A DNA stretch of 63,806 nt, filler included, from Pelomyxa schiedti (lineage: Eukaryota > Protista > Evosea): the NCBI GenBank assembly GCA_020536535.1. It is 15 parts of 15 records of this genome, joined end to end, with 100 filler letters (N's around TTAATTAATTAA, not from the genome) between each part and the next. Parts side by side here need not be neighbours in the genome. Positions count along the whole stretch, not along the records: positions 58,709 to 60,929 come from JAHLWZ010002065.1; positions 61,030 to 62,293 come from JAHLWZ010002640.1; positions 62,394 to 63,806 come from JAHLWZ010002523.1; 12 more parts are not named here. One strand, 5' to 3'. Each line of letters begins with the position of its first letter. The stretch's first letter is position 1. The notes below the pieces were generated by a model. The model did no database searches and was not told the DNA's origin. It was given only the letters and a program-made list of their open reading frames with translations. The position numbers and the translations under genes are program-made. Shown one piece after another: positions 60,052-63,806 of this stretch.

Positions 60052-60929
60052 ATGCGTAGAGACGAGCAGCCGTCGGAACGCCTCCGTAAGATCCGCAGGG
60101 TACGACAAAACACGACAACACTCGTACTTGTCTAACGACGCCATCGTCGCCTATTCTTTTGTTCACTCACTGAACTTTGTTTTTATTTTGCTCCTCATAA
60201 TGGCCCCATATTTTTTATGTAGCTGGACCAGACGGCGTTTCAGTCGTACTTGGCAGCAGAGAGGGCAAAATCCAAGATGAACCCGCTGCAGTTGGTCGAG
60301 AAGTTGCTCAAGGAAGCAGAAGCCAAGGAGAAAGCAAAGGCCAAGGCCAAGGCCGGCGAGGCCGGCAGCGACGACAGCGGCAGTGGCAGCGGCAGCGGAG
60401 AGGAAGAAGATGGCGACAAAATGGAGAGCGCGGAGGGCCTGGGCGAGCTCAGCGTGGCTTTGAATACGAATGACAAGCCGCTGTACTACTGGGCTGGGTG
60501 GAGGGCCCCGCTGTCAAAGGGGAAGAACGGCGGCGGAGGCGACTGGGTAGTTGGCTTGCTGGAAGTGGGATTCGCTCAGTGCAGGTTGTTGACAAGGTCT
60601 TCGAAGTCGGTTGGCACTGCAGCTTTGACGAGGGAGGAGAAGACTGTCCCAAGCAAGGAAAATTATGACATAAAGGTGTGATATCTCTTTGATACCGGTT
60701 TTTTTATGTTGCTAACGGACCATCAGCTGCAACGTGTGCGCATCAAGAGCAAAGTTGCTGTGTTTTTGCCTGGCAGTGTTGTTGCCATTGGAAATAAGCG
60801 AGTTAAAGTTGGACCGCAAGTACCTCACTCTGACTATCAAAATGGAAGTGTATTCCTGGCCAAGGCCCCTATAGAGGTTGCAACAGAACCTTCTGGAAAA
60901 GAGCCTGAGGTTGAAGTACCGCCTGAATC
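60052..60929 (+). CDS. Hypothetical multi-exon protein, cut by scaffold end
   Basis: ATG at 60052, apparent GT-AG introns, GC-rich exon 60222-60675 with K/A and acidic low-complexity stretches. Confidence 0.4.
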
Positions 60930-61599
60930 NNNNNNNNNNNNNNNNNNNNNNNNNNNNNNNNNNNNNNNNNNNNTTAATTAATTAANNNNNNNNNNNNNNN
61001 NNNNNNNNNNNNNNNNNNNNNNNNNNNNNGGCCCATAGTGGTAGTAATTCCAGGTATGCCAATATACTTGTGCCTCACAGGTACCATTATACCTTTCTTG
61101 AACACTAGAAGTCTTAGTATTGTTTGGTTGTTAGGACCATGTAAGGGAGTTAGAGTCACAAGCCTCAGCACTTCATCTTGGAGATGCCAGGCTCAGGTGT
61201 TGAACTCAATTGGAGGCACTGACAAAGAAAAGCACTGCATAAAAATGTGAAAATGCCAGCAATATAGCTGCAATACATCAAGACAAGAAGACACACAGCT
61301 GTGCATAAGTTCACCAAGCAAGGAAAATTCCAAGCATTCTGTTCATTTTCAAATCCAACCTAGTGGTTAAGCTTTAGTTTTGTGAGTTGGTGACAAGAAT
61401 GTATGTAAGTGCGGTTGTTTTTGTTTTGTTTGTTGAGTTCAGTTGAACAAGTGTGCAAAGAAGGAGAGAGGAGAGCAAACCTCACTGACTGTGGCTAACC
61501 CACTAAGCTCAAAGTAAGTTGGGGAAAAAACCCAATGGCAACTGACAATGACAATAACAATAAAAAAAGGCCTGGGTGTGTGGAAAGGGAGTGTGAGGT

Positions 61600-62293
61600 A
61601 AATATTTTCTTTATGAGCGCTATTACAAACCAAAATGGATGCTTTGGATGCTTCATTTTTTCCGGCGGTACCCTGTTGAGGAAGAAGCGGCACTCTTTTG
61701 GCATGTGGCTCCTGACACATACCGTATCCACCTATGGGAACTAATCAGTTTCGCTTATGATAACTTCAATGAAGTATTTCCTTCCATTTTTGTTAATATT
61801 TTTGAGTTTTAGATTAATCTAGATTCACTTTGAGGATCGTTTTGAGCAGCAGCCAATTGGGGGTCTCTTTCCTAACTGTCTCTGGGCTGTGGATGGTACA
61901 GCCATTGCCATATCGCGGCCCAAGAACTATGCTATGCAGCGAATGTTGTATTCCGGCAAGAAGAAGAGGCATGTTATTAATTTTCAGATTATATATATTA
62001 CGAATATTCAGATTATAATTAATTAAGAATGATATATATATAGTTCGTAAGTAAAGCAAGTTCCTTTTGAAGTCTAACTTTGTTTTAGGTATCAGTGATG
62101 GACTTATTGTTCAGTGCCCCAAATTTGGCTTTCCAGGATGCTGTGGGGATATTACAGCATGAAAGCTACACTGGACATCATCGCTACTGCAACCAGGTTC
62201 TACAAATCATCTTGCTATCACTTACATTCACTAGGGGAGATTGGGATAGCCGATAAAGGCTATCAAGGGGCCAAAGAACTTATCACTCCCTTT
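61600..62293 (+). mobile_element. PIF/Harbinger-type (DDE_Tnp_4-like) transposase relic
   Basis: NCLWAVDGTAIAISRP...YSGKKKRHVINFQ and ADKGYQGAKELITPF, with frameshifts and stops between them. Confidence 0.78.
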
Positions 62294-62393
62294 NNNNNNN
62301 NNNNNNNNNNNNNNNNNNNNNNNNNNNNNNNNNNNNNTTAATTAATTAANNNNNNNNNNNNNNNNNNNNNNNNNNNNNNNNNNNNNNNNNNNN

Positions 62394-63806
62394 CCGAGAA
62401 GGACCCAACCAATGAGCACAGCAACCACACAGAACTGGAGGCCGAGGAAGGGGAGAAGATGGTCATACTGGGCAAAGTATGTCTGTTTGAGGAAGGGAAA
62501 GTCAGAGCAACCCTCCCCAGGATTAAAGGAAGGATCGCAGGCAAGAAGGTGGCACTCACACTGGATACAGAGGCAACATTATCCATCCTGGACGAGACGA
62601 CATTCAGGTGATTACAGACCACAAGGGATGACATCACCAGATCACCACGGTGTGGCAGAGTTGCAGGAATCGGGGGACAAGCAGCAGCCACGGGCCGCCC
62701 CACAGTACCCTTGCACGCGTGTGGGCAGCGATTGCAACACAAGTTTGTTACCATGCAAGGATGCCCTGTTCAAGTGCTGGTTGGGATGGATTTACTGGGA
62801 GCTAAACATCGCCGAGGGACGCATACAGTGTGGTGGAGACTGGATGAAGAATTTTGCAGGTCCGGCAGGTTGTGGAATCAAGTCTGCCTTGATGGCTACA
62901 GCGGACTGCTACGTAAGGCCAGGTGACGAAGGTGCAGTGGCAATCGAATCAAACAACCCAGACGACGCTGGAAGGACGCTAAGTGTACGATCGGCAGTGC
63001 TCCCCAGGGGAATGGTCCACGTCAAGGAAGGGACTACAACACTGGACCAGCAGCGGGTGGGAAGGTTGACTGTATCAAATAGCGGAACAACAGACGTGGT
63101 GATAAAGAGAGAATGGCTGGTGGCCCTAGCCAAAACCGGGATATTCACAACACCAGACGACACCTCAGCAACACCTATACTACAGAGGATTGGAAAGCGA
63201 GCTGCAGTGGCGATCAGCCGCGAGGTGGATGACGCAGCGTGCGCACTACTGACCGCGGAAATGGGAGACAATGATTGGGAGACAGCAGCAACAGCGTGGT
63301 AAAACGTAACAGATGGGCAGAGGAAGGCGTTCTCTGCACTCCAGGCGGCGTTCAGCGACGTCTTCACCAATGACCGAGCAAAGCTAGGGAGGACAAACCT
63401 CGAACAGCACCGCATACCAACAAGGGCATGTCGACCAGTGTGTCGGCCAAGGAAATCACCGAGATGCTCCGCATCAACGTCATCAAGGAGGGAAAGAGCG
63501 AATGGGTTGCACCCTTATCATTATCACCCAAGAAGGATGGGTCAATAAGACTATGCACGAACTTCAGAGGGTTGAACAAGGAGACCATCAAGGACAATTA
63601 CCCTCTGCCAAGTGTTTTCGATGTCCTCAAGGCCCTTAGTGGGCACAACTGGTTCTCAACCCTAGACCTCATGAGTGGGTTCCTCTCTGGCAAGTACCTG
63701 TGGCAGAGGAGGATGTGCATAAAACTGGGTTTACATGCCACAAAGGCCAATTTCTATTCAACGTGATGCAGTTTGGGATGATCAATGCCTCCCAAACATT
63801 CCAAAG
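62394..63806 (+). mobile_element. Decayed Ty3/Gypsy pol of a second family (protease, linker, RT start)
   Basis: LTLDTEATLSIL, VLVGMDLLG, EWVAPLSLSPKKDGSIRLCTNFRGLN...YPLP...FSTLDLMSGF, then WQVPVAEEDVHKTGF in another frame. In-frame stops present. Confidence 0.85.

Noticed and set aside
1-63806. tRNA, rRNA or snRNA genes
   Set aside because: No convincing cloverleaf, box A/B pair or conserved rRNA stretch was seen by eye. tRNAscan-SE or Infernal would be decisive.

Overview
Eukaryotic (protist) genomic DNA with short spliceosomal introns. Intron size, low-complexity Q/T-rich proteins and the gene families suggest an amoebozoan, Archamoebae/Pelomyxa-like source; this is inference, not a database result. 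The window is not one locus. It is 15 scaffolds concatenated by 14 artificial 44N-TTAATTAATTAA-44N linkers, plus five plain 100-N gaps, so adjacency across linkers is meaningless. Main content: a PHO80-like cyclin end; a prokaryote-like SAM methyltransferase; three MORN-coiled-coil-RING genes (two head-to-head); a young Ty3/Gypsy LTR retrotransposon (256-bp LTR, tRNA-Ala PBS, -1 frameshift signal, PR-RT-RH-INT) whose gag lacks a 41-nt GT-AG-bounded segment present in a second copy; a DEAH helicase fragment; a glycosyltransferase-like gene; Arp1; an S/T-rich surface protein; a duplicated convergent pair of IFI44-like P-loop genes (vWA-IFI44-like-vWA-kinase plus a vWA-IFI44-like partner); Rab5-like, importin-alpha and Arf-like genes or pseudogenes; a GPI-type LRR surface protein; a shuffled mosaic of gene and RLE-retroelement fragments; a REP-like palindrome array; a 110-bp foldback; and decayed Harbinger and Gypsy elements. 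The strongest candidates for something new are the vWA/IFI44-like/kinase cluster (24901-35180), the apparently spliced retrotransposon gag (12595 vs 18797-18837) and the ACACAAAGTGCGCC palindrome array (55975-57038). No tRNA, rRNA or CRISPR is supported. All domain calls come from motif recognition by eye, not from searches.
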